Positions 1 through 11,268 of a stretch of DNA of 64,000 nucleotides are shown here, one piece after another. How positions within the stretch are numbered: position 1 is the first letter of the stretch; each line of letters opens with the position of its first letter. Where the stretch lies: contig CAVNZM010000015.1 in NCBI GenBank assembly GCA_963693365.1, positions 744,001 through 808,000 on the forward strand. Direction: 5' to 3'. The notes beneath the pieces are model-generated. The model was not told where the DNA came from and did no database searches. It worked only from the letters and a program-made list of their open reading frames with translations. A program made the translations under genes and the position numbers. This stretch comes from Amoebidium appalachense. Its lineage: Eukaryota; Protista; Ichthyosporea.

Positions 1-408
1 ATGTTGGTCAAGCAGGTTGCCGAGCTCTCCCAGGCCGTCTTCTCTGGCCGAGGGGGCTTCGGCTTCCGGGGTGGCCGTGGCGGCGACCGGGGTGGACACG
101 GCGGTCGTGGCCGAGGTGGACGTGGAGGACAACAGCAGCAGTTCACCGAGAGGTTTGCCCCTTATCTTGCTCGTGGTGGTGGGCAGGGTAGAGGGAGGGG
201 TGGAAATGGTGGTGAGAGAGGCCGAGGGGGGCAGGGGGGAAGGGGGGGCCGTGGTGCACACGGTGGGCCCCCCCAGCATGACCGGGCTCCCGGTTATGCT
301 TTGCGCCAAGGTTTTGAAGTCCCCCCTGGCCCCTTCTTTGGTGCATGTTACTTTTGTGGCCGGCAAGGGCACTCTGCTGCATATTGCCGTAGTTACAAGA
401 GCTATTGA
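1..408 (+). CDS. gag: Gag C-terminus (RGG-rich region plus CCHC zinc knuckle), 5' partial
   Basis: CYFCGRQGHSAAYC matches CX2CX4HX4C; RGG repeats; TGA at 406-408. Confidence 0.9.
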   Translation: MLVKQVAELSQAVFSGRGGFGFRGGRGGDRGGHGGRGRGGRGGQQQQFTERFAPYLARGGGQGRGRGGNGGERGRGGQGGRGGRGAHGGPPQHDRAPGYALRQGFEVPPGPFFGACYFCGRQGHSAAYCRSYKSY

Positions 409-650
409 GTTCCGGGGGAGGGGGAAGCTGGGGTCACTGAGGGAGGGGGGGGGGACAGTATCGGTCCCCCCCAGGTTGCAGAGAACCTTCACCCTCCCCC
501 ACCCCAGGTTAAGCTTCCCTTTGCCCCCTCACCGCCCCGATACGTGTGGGAGCCGGGCATCGTCGTGGGTCCTCAAGACAGCGTCGAGGTGGTATGGCAT
601 GAATGTTTGTGGGGTGACTCTACCAAAGGTATGAATGATGTGAATGTTTT

Positions 651-2180
651 GTGGTTGGGGGAGGTTCCCCAGCCACAAGTGGATGGTCTCAGTGTTTCTT
701 GTCCCAATCCGGTGTTTGTTCTAACCACACCGGAGGGGGTTTCTGTGCCATTGTTTCCGGGAGGGGGGGGGGACACACACGAGTAAAGAGGGGAAGGGGG
801 GGGAAGGCCCAGACACGTAGAAACACACCACCACAACAACATACGACGGTTGCAGACACACCTACACCCACACACACACCCACACATACACCAAACACAC
901 ACACACCACCCACCCACACATCACACCCACACACTCCACCACCACCCACACCACATACACACCCCACCCCACCCGTGCAGGCACCACAGGTAGGTATGTT
1001 GCACGTAGGTATCGAGGGTGTGAGTCTTCGTGGGCAGGGACTGGGTGTGAGTGATGATGTGTTGCTTGAATTGGAGGAGGATTTAGTTGGTTTTAGCCGG
1101 CATTATATAGACGTATGGTTAGCTGATGGTAAGTTGAAGGCCGTTGCTTTGCTCGATGGAGGGGCTCAGGTTAATTGTGTGCATGCTTCGTTTATTCGTC
1201 GTTTTAATCAGGCCGGGGGGGAAATTCCTATTTTAGATGCTTCTAGCACAGCCTTAGGTAGTGCTAATAATAGTAGTATGTCTGTGGAAGGTGTTTGTGT
1301 GTTGCCGTGTGAGATAGGTGGCCAGGCTATGCATATTGCTTGTTATGTGGTTAAGGATTTAGCTCAAAGTGTTTTGTTGGGAGCCCCATTTTTCCGTAGA
1401 CATGTGAATGCTTTGTTTGAACGTACGAATGTTTTAGAATTGCAGTCCGGCGTTAAAATTAAAACCCATGATGGGCTCGACGGTTATCAGTCTGGTGCTA
1501 GAACGGTAGCTGAAGCAGTAATCGAGCCTTATCAGTGCCAAACGGTACGTGTCCGGGCCGGCAATCATGTTAGGATAGGGGATTTAGGGGTTTTTACTCC
1601 GAAAACCCCATTTCAGGAGGTGGCCCAATGGACCCTTAGTAGGGTATGGCCGGATAAGACAATAGAAATAGAATTAGTGAATCCGGGCATCGAGCCTATA
1701 GTGATTAGGTCAGGTGTTTCCGTCGGTAGTTTCACTAATGAGATTGGTAGTATAGAGGTCTCTCTTATTACCCAAAAGGAGGATGCCGGCTCGAAGGGTG
1801 ACTCAGGAGGAGGGGGAACAACTTTATTTAACGTTAGCCACCAAAATGTCACCCGACACGATGGGGGGGGGGACCGGGACAGCACCGGTCCCACTCCCCC
1901 GACCCCCAAGAGGAAGGAGGGTCACCCCGGGTGTGAGAATGTGCAGGCAGGGGGGGAGGGTGTTGGTCTAACCCGTGGATCTGACGGGTTAACCAACACC
2001 GTGGGGGGCAGGGTGGCCACAGACCTGGCCCCCCACATACATGCACTAACTCATCAGGAATTGCCCGGGGTCATTGGTGTGCCGGGGGGAGGGGGGGTGC
2101 TAAGGGTGACCGCCTATATCCGGAGGTACCTCAACCTCACCCCGAGCAGCACCGATGTAATACAGGAGGTGAAATGTTAA
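651..2180 (+). pseudogene. pol: Pol N-terminal segment: aspartic protease followed by a dUTPase-like (beta-clip) linker domain
   Basis: ALLDGGAQVN active-site motif and VLLGAPFF; 1495-1735 reads VIEPYQCQTVRV...IELVNPGIEPIVIRSGVSVG. Confidence 0.85.
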
Positions 2181-2421
2181 GTGGCACTCCGGTGAATAAG
2201 GATGCATCCACTTGTGATGGGGGTAACCCGGAGTTAGTATTGCCGTTTGGTATGAAGGAGGGGGATTGGACGGTAGAACAGAAAAAATTGCTAGCTAAGT
2301 TATTTGATAGGACTCGGTTTGCATTTCTGGCCGATGATAACGAAGTAGGCTTCGTTAAAGGGTTTGAAATGCAGATCGACACAGGTGATAATAGGCCGGT
2401 AGTGATGCCTAGCTACTAAGA

Positions 2422-3240
2422 ATGGAGCAGTATAAATTGTCGGATGCGCTAATAATAGTGAGTGATATGTTAAAAAAGGGTCATGTGGAGCATAGTTCGA
2501 GTCCGTGGAGAAGTCCGGTGCTATTGGTTAAGAAGCCCGACGGGTCTTGGCGTCTAGTGAACGATTACAGGGCTCTGAATCGGATCACTAAGGCAGACCA
2601 ATGGCCTCTCCCTAACATAGACGAGCAGCTTTCACAGCTGCACGGCTATACTCACTTTGCTAAACTTGATTTAAAAGCAGCTTTTTGGCAGATAAGGTTG
2701 GAGGAGAGCAGCAAGGAGAAGACTGCCTTTGCACTGGGTGACCAGCTGTTCCAGTACAAGGTGGTGCCGATGGGTTTGCTCTCCTCTCCAGCTATGTTGT
2801 GCCGGGTAATGTCTAAAATTCTCCACCCTCATTTGGATGTATGCCACCCTTATTTGGATGATGTTTTAATTAAAGGTAGGTCATTTGAGGAGCTAGTTAA
2901 TAATTGTGAAAAAGTATTTTTAGCTTTGGGTGAGTCTGGTCTTCGCATTAGCGGTAGCAAGACTGTGATTGGTGTGCCGGAGGTTAAGTTTTTAGGTCAT
3001 ATTGTGTCTAGTAATGGTCTTTCCCCTGATCCGGAGAAAATCCGGGCCATAGTTGAGTGGCCCCGTCCTCAGACTGTCACTCAACTAAGGCAATTTTTAG
3101 GTTTAACTAATTATCTTCGTCGTTATATTAAGGATTATAGTATGCTTGCTTTGCCGTTAACTAGTCAGACGGGGGGGGAGAAGAAGAATAGAATAGATTG
3201 GAATGTTGATGCTGTTTCTGCTTTCGAAAAGCTTAGTTAG
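2422..3240 (+). pseudogene. pol: Gypsy reverse transcriptase core
   Basis: SPWRSPVLLVKKPDGSWRLVNDYRALN, LDLKAAFWQI, PMGL, YLDD, FLGH motifs. Confidence 0.97.
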
Positions 3241-3242
3241 CT

Positions 3243-3764
3243 TTGCAGTCTTCGAGTATGCTGGTTCATCCTGATTTTTCGGCCGGGGGGGGGATGTTTA
3301 AAGTTCGGTGTGATGCAAGTAAGGTTGCTGAGGGGGCCGTGTTATATCAAGTGCAGGAGGGGCAGGATAGAGTGATTGCTTATGCTAGTCGTTCATTTAG
3401 TAAAAGTGAACGTAGATATAGCAATCCGGAGAGAGAGTCCCATGCTATCTTTTGGGCAGTCTCACAGGCATGGAGGTATATACTCGCAGGCAGGACGTTT
3501 GAGGTCTACACCGACCACAAGCCCTGCCTAGCCATGGCCGGCACCACTCGTCTGGTCAACGAGAGGATGCAGAAGTGGGCCGCGGCTCTCGGTGAGTTCT
3601 CCTATAAATTGTTTTATGCCAAGGGTGAAACAATGGTTGACTGTGATGCTCTCTCTCGTGCTGCTTATATTTTGTTTGAAGAAGAGCAGGAGGGGGAGGG
3701 GGGGGCTAGTGAGAGACGGGGGGGGAGGGGGGGAAGGGGGGGGAGAGTGAGCAGAAAGGAATAG
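3243..3764 (+). pseudogene. pol: Gypsy RNase H
   Basis: RCDASK...IAYASR...ERRYS..ERE...VYTDHKP. Confidence 0.95.
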
Positions 3765-3769
3765 ATGCT

Positions 3770-4996
3770 GTGTCTGTTGATGTGTCTTCTTGGGCTCCGG
3801 GGTTGCTTGCTTATAAGTGTAGGGGAGGGGGGGGGAGGTATTTGTCAGTGTCTGAGGTCGGGACCGAGTCTCATGGCTCGGCCCCTGCCTTAGCACCTAC
3901 GGCTTTGATCTTAGCTCAAGAGGAAGATGTGTTGATTGGTCTGGTTAAGAATTATTTAAAGGGGCCGGTTGATTCGATTAAATTTAAAAATAAAAGGCAG
4001 ATGATTAAGGTAGCTAAGTTAGCAAAAATGTGTCAGGTAGAGCAGGATTTAGTTTATCATTGTTCTGGGCCAGACGGACACCGAGTTTGGGTCCCGACGG
4101 CACTTGTGCCTGAGGTTTTGCATATGGTGCATGAGCATCCCATGGCTGGTCATTTAGGTGTAAATAGGACGTTGCTTCGTGTTAATCGTTCGTATTTTTG
4201 GCCGGGTATGAGTAGGGAGGTGAGGGATTATGTGTTGTCATGCATGCATTGTCAGGAAAGGAATGAGAGTCCCCACTCTCGTTCCCGCCCGTCGTTTATT
4301 AGGGATTTTAATGTTCGTATGTTTGAAAGGGTAGCAGTGGATGTGGTCGGTCCTTTTAATTCTACGGTTGAGGGTAACACTGTTCTTGTTACCGTCACCG
4401 ATGTGGCCACTCGTTGGGTTGAAGTTTTTCCTCTCCCCACTGCTAATGCCGTTTTGTTTGCTCGTACTATTTTTGTGGATGAAATTTGTCTTAGGTTTGG
4501 TTGTCCTCGTGTTTTGTTAACGGATAGGAGTCGTGTGTTTTTAAATCAGTTGGTGTCGGAGGTGTGTAAAATTTTAAGGGTAGCTCATATCACTACGTCT
4601 GCATATCACCCTCAAGCAAATGCCATCTCTGAACGTGTGCATGCAGTGTTTCAGAAGTCCTTTGGCAAAATGGTGGATGTGGAGGCTAATGATTGGGATC
4701 ATATGTCTAGGTTTATTGCTCATTCGTATAATTCTACCCCTCATGCTGTGACTGGTTTTTCTCCGTTTTATTTGGTCTATGGGCAGGAGGCTATTAGTTT
4801 GTTAGATACGGCACTTTTGCCGATGGAGGGGGCTGACCGACTAACCTATCCCCACTGGACTGAGTTCCGGGAGCAGCTACTAACCCGGGCCCGGGCTGCA
4901 CGTGATGCAGCTCTGGCCCGTACACAGCAGGCACAGACACGTGCAGACGTGTCCACACGTCCGTTACGTGAATTTGCCGAGGGTGTTGTGGTGTAA
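3770..4996 (+). pseudogene. pol: Gypsy integrase (HHCC plus DDE core), truncated at 4984
   Basis: HEHPMAGHLG...YFWPGM...CMHCQ; VAVDVVGP, LLTDRS, YHPQANAISER. Confidence 0.95.
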
Positions 4997-5990
4997 ATTG
5001 CTAAGTGTTGCTACCTAAAAGTGGGAAAAGAGATGATTGTGAAAATGTTTAAGAGTTTTTTCTAAGTTTTTTCTTCACAAAAAAAACGAACGAAAACGAG
5101 ACGAGACTGAGAGAGCTGACAGCTGATAGAGTGCACAAGGGAGAAAAAAGTGTATACGTAATATTACGTAACATTCAATTTCGCTTGATTTCATTGGCTC
5201 ATAAGTTACGCAAAGTATTTGGCGCAATCATTTACTCTCTCACTCATGTACGTACTAAGTCAACTCAGTCGCGGCGGCACACAGTGTTTTTTCTTTTTGG
5301 GAAGAAGTTTATTTCGTGGCATCACCCGGAGGTAAAGAGAAATTACTAGGCTAAGCCTGGCTGTGCCAGAGCAACGCCTCAATAAAGAACAGTATGCAAA
5401 ATAACAAGCCTGTGCCTGTGCAATAAATCTCCAAAGCAAACATCACACAAAAAACAACGTCGGTACGTGTTTGTGTGTGTGTGTGGCCGCGGTAACCGCC
5501 TGTGTACCTAAGGCGTCCAATAAGAGACCCAGATTGACCGATCCGGGCGCTCATTGGACGCCTTGGGGATGGAATGTGCTGTCCTTAATGCTCATTGGAC
5601 GCCTTGTGCGGCAATTGGCTTTTTGGAGCCGAATTATCATTGGCCCCCTGCGCATCCGTAATACTATTGGACGCCTTGTACATGGAATTCAGAATTCGAA
5701 TTCCTATTGGACGCCTTGCGCAAACCTTCGCATTCCTTTGATCCGCACTTGTGTGCATGTTGCGCAATGTACGCACCACATGTACGCGTACACGTACGCG
5801 TACACGTGTTCCGCCCTCTCTCTTTAATTATTTTAATATTTAATTAAAACCACGTGTTTATGCACACACACACACACACACAGTGTGTGCACGTGCTCCT
5901 GTACATATATCGCCCATATCTCATATCCATATCGCGATATGTGTACACAGATATCACCCCATCTCATATTCACACATTCCATATTTTGGG
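4984..5990. other. Non-coding LTR-like or regulatory-like segment that interrupts the Gypsy integrase
   Basis: Begins TGTTGTGG exactly at the breakpoint; five copies of ATTGGACGCCTT (CCAAT-containing; one inverted) at about 5510-5720; no second end or TSD found. Confidence 0.35.
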
Positions 5991-6004
5991 GGGTGCCGCG
6001 CTCC

Positions 6005-7030
6005 TCATTGTAGTGGGGGGCCAAATCGATTCATACTAGCAAGCCGGCGCAAGCTTTCCTTTTGAGACAGGGGTTCACCTAGTCTAGCGGGAGTGGTGTT
6101 TGGTAACAAGAGAGCATCGGGATATTCCTTCCTACCACCGCCAGCATAATCACCGAGATCTATCAAATCATCAACAATAAAGTTAGTGCATGTATCTAGT
6201 ACGAGATGTGAATCTGGCCTGGCTTGTGCAGATTCTAATAGGCGCATATATATAGGGTGTTTCGTAGCATAGCATACACATACATCAACTCTACCCCACT
6301 GTGACTTAAGCTGGGATAGACGGAGGCGAAAGGTGGGAGGAGGAGGGGGGAGCAGATCAAGGGAGATCTTAGGTAGGAAAAGGATAGGAGAGTGGTCAGA
6401 TGACCTAGAGAGGTTAGGAGGGAGAGAGAGTTTTGACATGGTTGATGGCCAAAAGGCCACTCCCCAGTCGGTGTTGTGGGCATGGGATATTTGAGGGAAC
6501 CGCAAAGTGTGACTTTGGACATACCTTGCTAAAGGGATAGCACGCTCCGGGGGCTTAGATGGGTACCCGACACTCACTTGCAGTGTGTCTGTGTGATGGA
6601 GTCGCGTGTTAAAATCACCTAAAATAACAGTGGACATTGGTAACTGTGACAACTCGTGAGTCAATTCGACAACCGACATAGATGGTGGGTAATATACAAA
6701 AGTAAAAACATTAGAAAGAAACTCTATAGAAACCGAGAATTCCGTTTTTGCTACCGGTTTGCACTTCACTCTGAGACTCACGTGTGGCGCGGCAAGTACA
6801 ATAATGCCTCGGTTTTTCGCGTAACCGGGGTGTGTGGATGTGTCGACCAATGTAGAGTTGAATTTGACAATGTGGTGGTTTTTAAACTGTGTTTCGCAAA
6901 TCACTGTAAACGTGTGGTTGATTGTCTGTTGTTGTATGTAGCTGATTTTATCGTCGAGTGTCCCGGGGGGGAGGCCCTTTTGGGGGCCCAGTGTCCGAGC
7001 ATTCCAGAAGAAGAAGGATAAATTAGGCAT
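6005..7030 (-). pseudogene. Non-LTR retrotransposon ORF2 N-terminus: APE-type endonuclease; RT missing (3' truncated)
   Basis: FFWNAR, ICETQ, VYYPP, ILGDFN, TDW and SSDHSPI endonuclease motifs; ATG overlaps the ORF1 stop (ATGCCTAA). Confidence 0.9.
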
Positions 7031-8207
7031 CGGTTTGGTCCGACACCTGTGGGATTGGTTCCCACTTGTCGCTTACCGGGTCGTATGCACGACCTTCCGC
7101 CAGCGCGAACAGTTCGCAGAAGAGCTCGATTTCCATCTCGCATCGGCGTTTGCGCTCGAGCAGTTTCTCACCAGAAAACATTGGTTCCTTCGTGTCCGTG
7201 TCTATCACGCTCGTAGCATCGTTTTCCAACTTTGCGAGGAACTCTTTTGCCTTGCTGATGCGTACACGACAACGTGTGGCGCACGCATTCTTAGCAGACA
7301 CTTTACTTTCTTTGTCTGCTTTCTGAATGTTTTCCGGCGCGCATGGGTCGTAGCTTGGGAGGTGGGTGAAGAAGCTTCCACACCCCTTTGTCGCGTCACG
7401 GATGAACGCACGGTTATAGTCGCCCCGTACTGCTACTTCCAGCACATCGTATCCAATGAAGGACAGACAAAGGATGCGAGAGCACCGGAAGCCGAGAGCC
7501 TTGAAGATGGACCACATGGCCCTGTGTGGGCATCTGCCGTGCTTGACTTTGAAATACACCCTCTCGTATTTGGGTGGGATGTTGATGTTACCGTTTGCTT
7601 GGGTGTTCCCCTTAGCCGGCGGTTTGGGAGGGGAGTTGCGGCGGTACTCGTTGCCTGCAAGAATGCTGGCATATGTTTCCTTGGCAATTTGGCGGAGCTC
7701 GGGTGTTTTACGAGAGTTCGCATATTCTAGGAACTCTGCCGGGAGCTGTGCTTCCGGTCCTGTGTTGTTTTGTGTTGGGGTGGAAATGTCTCCGTCGCGA
7801 GATGTTTGCTCATGAGTTTTGGGGTTTTGCGATCCACTAATGTTTAGCTGGGCTGTGAGTGAATCAATGGTGAGCTTGAGTTGGGTATTTTCTGTTTGGA
7901 GTTTTTCTATCATGTTCTTGAGTGGTAACAGCTCATTTAGCTGTTTCTTAACGAGGGCAAGTTCTGCCAGTACTGTATCAACCGAAAGTTTCGGCATGGT
8001 TGTTATTGTGTTTCTACGGAGTGGTGTGGTGTTATTCTGAATGGGTAGTGTATTGTAAATAGGTGTTACGCTTAGTCTAAGGCGATGTTTTTCTGGTTGT
8101 GCATCTGTGGTAGGTGTATCTGCTGGACGTTTTAATGGTCGCACATGTGTGATGGGTGTAGATGGAACTTTGAAAGAGGTTCTGAAACGATTATAGGCAT
8201 GTGCCAT
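7023..8207 (-). CDS. LINE ORF1 protein (coiled coil plus RRM-like C-terminal half), ~394 aa from the ATG at 8207
   Basis: Open frame directly upstream of and overlapping ORF2; heptad-like LAELALVKKQLNELLPLKNMIEKLQTENTQLK; the 8513 start in the track runs through the tRNA and is not credible. Confidence 0.8.
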   Translation of the reverse strand: MAHAYNRFRTSFKVPSTPITHVRPLKRPADTPTTDAQPEKHRLRLSVTPIYNTLPIQNNTTPLRRNTITTMPKLSVDTVLAELALVKKQLNELLPLKNMIEKLQTENTQLKLTIDSLTAQLNISGSQNPKTHEQTSRDGDISTPTQNNTGPEAQLPAEFLEYANSRKTPELRQIAKETYASILAGNEYRRNSPPKPPAKGNTQANGNINIPPKYERVYFKVKHGRCPHRAMWSIFKALGFRCSRILCLSFIGYDVLEVAVRGDYNRAFIRDATKGCGSFFTHLPSYDPCAPENIQKADKESKVSAKNACATRCRVRISKAKEFLAKLENDATSVIDTDTKEPMFSGEKLLERKRRCEMEIELFCELFALAEGRAYDPVSDKWEPIPQVSDQTDA

Positions 8208-8299
8208 GACATGGATGGGGGTGTTCCCCGGCCCTTCGGGCCACGGATGGCCTGGTTTAGGGGTGGATGCGCGAAGGATACTATTTATTAGCAGATAAT

Positions 8300-8304
8300 A
8301 AAAA
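8300..8304 (-). terminator. Putative Pol III terminator (T5) of tRNA-Asp
   Basis: TTTTT on the minus strand ~40 nt after the tRNA 3' end. Confidence 0.55.
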
Positions 8305-8344
8305 GCGACATCTGAATCGATGTGTGCGACTGAATCGAAGGACA

Positions 8345-8416
8345 CTCTCCGGCCGGGAATCGAACCCGGGTCTTCCGCGTGACAGGCGGAGATACTAACC
8401 ACTATACTACCGAAGA
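8345..8416 (-). tRNA. tRNA-Asp(GTC)
   Basis: Reverse complement TCTTCGGTAGTATAGTGGTTAGTATCTCCGCCTGTCACGCGGAAGACCCGGGTTCGATTCCCGGCCGGAGAG; 72 nt, A box, B box, GTC anticodon, paired acceptor stem. Confidence 0.96.
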
Positions 8417-8672
8417 TTGGTGATGAGTGAAAGTGTCTAGTAATGGTCTTTCCCCTGATCCGGAGAAAATCCGGGCCATAGTTGAGTGGCCCCGTCCTCA
8501 GACTGTCACTCAACTAAGGCAATTTTTAGGTTTAACTAATTATCTTCGTCGTTATATTAAGGATTATAGTATGCTTGCTTTGCCGTTAACTAGTCAGACG
8601 GGGGGGGAGAAGTAGAATAGAATAGATTGGAATGTTGATGCTGTTTCTGCTTTCGAAAAGCTTAAGTTAGCT

Positions 8673-11135
8673 TTGCAGTCTTCGAGTATGCTTGTTCATC
8701 CTGATTTTTCGGCCGGGGGGGGGATGTTTAAAGTTCGGTGTGATGCAAGTAAGGTTGCTGAGGGGGCCGTGTTATATCAAGTGCAGGAGGGGCAGGATAG
8801 AGTGATTGCTTATGCTAGTCGTTCATTTAGTAAAAGTGAACGTAGATATAGCAATCCGGAGAGAGAGTCCCATGCTATCTTTTGGGCAGTCTCACAGGCA
8901 TGGAGGTATATACTCGCAGGCAGGACGTTTGAGGTCTACACCGACCACAAGCCCTGCCTAGCCATGGCCGGCACCACTCGTCTGGTCAACGAGAGGATGC
9001 AGAAGTGGGCCGCGGCTCTCGGTGAGTTCTCCTATAAATTGTTTTATGCCAAGGGTGAAACAATGGTTGACTGTGATGCTCTCTCTCGTGCTGCTTATAT
9101 TTTGTTTGAAGAAGAGAAGGAGGGGGAGGGGGGGACTAGTGAGAGACGGGGGGGGGAGGGGGGGGAAGGGGGGGAGAGTGAGCAGAAAGGAATAGATGCT
9201 GTGTCTGTTGATGTGTCTTCTTGGGCTCCGGGGTTGCTTGCTTATAAGTGTAGGGGAGGGGGGGGGAGGTATTTGTCAGTGTCTGAGGTCGGGACCGAGT
9301 CTCATGGCTCGGCCCCTGCCTTAGCACCTACGGCTTTGATCTTAGCTCAGGAGGAAGATGTGTTGATTGGTCTGGTTAAGAATTATTTAAAGGGGCCGGT
9401 TGATTCGATTAAATTTAAAAATAAAAGGCAGATGATCTTGAAGGTAGCTAAGTTAGCAAAAATGTGTCAGGTAGAGCAGGATTTAGTTTATCATTGTTCT
9501 GGGCCAGACGGACACCGAGTTTGGGTCCCGACGGCACTTGTGCCTGAGGTTTTGCATATGGTGCATGAGCATCCCATGGCTGGTCATTTAGGTGTAAATA
9601 GGACGTTGCTTCGTGTTAATCGTTCGTATTTTTGGCCGGGTATGAGTAGGGAGGTGAGGGATTATGTGTTGTCATGCATGCATTGTCAGGAAAGGAATGA
9701 GAGTCCCCACTCTCGTTCCCGCCCGTCGTTTATTAGGGATTTTAATGTTCGTATGTTTGAAAGGGTAGCAGTGGATGTGGTCGGTCCTTTTAATTCTACG
9801 GTTGAGGGTAACACTGTTCTTGTTACCGTCACCGATGTGGCCACTCGTTGGGTTGAAGTTTTTCCTCTCCCCACTGCTAATGCCGTTTTGTTTGCTCGTA
9901 TTTTTGTGGATGAAATTTGTCTTAGGTTTGGTTGTCCTCGTGTTTTGTTAACGGATAGAAGTCGTGTGTTTTTAAATCAGTTGGTGTCGGAGGTGTGTAA
10001 AATTTTAAGGGTAGCTCATATCACTACGTCTGCGTATCACCCTCAAGCAAATGCCATCTCTGAACGTGTGCATGCAGTGTTTCAGAAGTCCTTTGGCAAA
10101 ATGGTGGATGTGGAGGCTAATGATTGGGATCATATGTCTAGGTTTATTGCTCATTCATATAATTCTACCCCTTATGCTGTGACTGGTTTTTCTCCGTTTT
10201 ATTTGGTCTATGGGCAGGAGGCTATTAGTTTGTTAGATACGGCACTTTTGCCGATGGGGGGGGCTGACCGACTAACTTATCCCCACTGGACTGAGTTCCG
10301 GGAGCAGCTACTAACCCGGGCCCGGGCTGCACGTGATGCAGCTCTGGCCCGTACACAGCAGGCACAGACACGTGCAGACGTGTCCACACGTCCGTTACGT
10401 GAATTTGCCGAGGGTACTTTAGTTTTAATTAGGGATCATACTAGGAAAAAGAGATATAAGCAGGAGCAGGAAGGTAAGGGTGAAGGTGAAGGTCTTCGTA
10501 AGTATGGTAAGAAATGGTTGCCTCTTTTCATTGGCCCGTATAAAATAGTGGCTAGGTTAGGTCCGACGGAATATAAGGTGCAGAGGTTAGATAATGAGAG
10601 TGATGTTAAATTTTATAATGTAGATGATATAAAGGAATATTATGATAGGGCCCTTAGGGTTAAACGGCCGGAGGGCCGTCGAGTGTTAGATGCATTCACC
10701 CCCGACTATGACGGGTCGGTAGATGTATCGGAGGCTGCAGTAGATAAAATTATGGATAAAAAGGTTATCGAAGGTAAGGAAGGTAAGGTAAATTATTATT
10801 TAATTCGTTTTGAGGGAGGTTATCAGGAAGATCAGTGGTTGCCTGAGTTTCATTTGGATTGCCCGTTTTCTATTCGTGCTTATGAGGCTAGATTAGTGCA
10901 GAGGGAGTTGCCTAGTGCTCCCTCTAGGCCAAAGAGAGTTATTCCTCAGTTTAATCGTGGTGTGAAAAAGTCGGTGGGGGAGGGGGCCGGGGGGGGGAGT
11001 GATGCAAATACACGTAGACACACGGGGGAGGGGGAGGGGGGGGAGGAGACCGAGGAGGAGTGTGAACATAGTCGTAGGAATTTAATTTATTATCATAGGT
11101 GTCTCCGTAGGTATCAAGCTTATGGTGTAGATTAA
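8673..11135 (+). CDS. pol: Pol C-terminal part: RNase H - integrase - GPY/F - chromodomain
   Basis: 820-aa open frame; LFIGPYKIV motif; chromodomain-like VDKIMDKK...YYLIRFEGGYQEDQWLPEFHL at about 10735-10890. Confidence 0.93.
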   Translation: MQSSSMLVHPDFSAGGGMFKVRCDASKVAEGAVLYQVQEGQDRVIAYASRSFSKSERRYSNPERESHAIFWAVSQAWRYILAGRTFEVYTDHKPCLAMAGTTRLVNERMQKWAAALGEFSYKLFYAKGETMVDCDALSRAAYILFEEEKEGEGGTSERRGGEGGEGGESEQKGIDAVSVDVSSWAPGLLAYKCRGGGGRYLSVSEVGTESHGSAPALAPTALILAQEEDVLIGLVKNYLKGPVDSIKFKNKRQMILKVAKLAKMCQVEQDLVYHCSGPDGHRVWVPTALVPEVLHMVHEHPMAGHLGVNRTLLRVNRSYFWPGMSREVRDYVLSCMHCQERNESPHSRSRPSFIRDFNVRMFERVAVDVVGPFNSTVEGNTVLVTVTDVATRWVEVFPLPTANAVLFARIFVDEICLRFGCPRVLLTDRSRVFLNQLVSEVCKILRVAHITTSAYHPQANAISERVHAVFQKSFGKMVDVEANDWDHMSRFIAHSYNSTPYAVTGFSPFYLVYGQEAISLLDTALLPMGGADRLTYPHWTEFREQLLTRARAARDAALARTQQAQTRADVSTRPLREFAEGTLVLIRDHTRKKRYKQEQEGKGEGEGLRKYGKKWLPLFIGPYKIVARLGPTEYKVQRLDNESDVKFYNVDDIKEYYDRALRVKRPEGRRVLDAFTPDYDGSVDVSEAAVDKIMDKKVIEGKEGKVNYYLIRFEGGYQEDQWLPEFHLDCPFSIRAYEARLVQRELPSAPSRPKRVIPQFNRGVKKSVGEGAGGGSDANTRRHTGEGEGGEETEEECEHSRRNLIYYHRCLRRYQAYGVD

Positions 11136-11250
11136 TTTATTATTTTTCTTCGTAATTTATTTAATTTAATTTTTTTTAAGAGACTGATTAGTCTATGTCT
11201 TTTTAGGGGGTGTTAGATGTAATGTGACTGAGGTGGGACTCAGCTTTTCC

Positions 11251-11267
11251 GGGGGCCGGGGGGGGAG
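11251..11267 (+). promoter_or_regulatory. Polypurine tract of the Gypsy element
   Basis: GGGGGCCGGGGGGGGAG immediately before the LTR start TGACAT. Confidence 0.8.
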
Positions 11268-11268
11268 T

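Larger units (their letters stand above)
1..4984 (+). mobile_element. Ty3/Gypsy LTR retrotransposon, copy 1 (gag end to integrase core; 5' part outside window, 3' truncated, disrupted)
   Basis: Domain order gag CCHC - protease - RT - RNase H - integrase; stops or frameshifts near 770, 2180, 2419, 3240 and 3764; identity to copy 2 ends abruptly at 4984. Confidence 0.95.

Noticed and set aside
8417-8433. Ty3-style targeted integration 16 bp upstream of the tRNA
   Set aside because: The junction is in the middle of RT, not at an LTR end
8208-8513. N-terminal extension of the 496-aa ORF (7023..8513)
   Set aside because: Runs through a tRNA gene and antisense Gypsy RT; chance open frame
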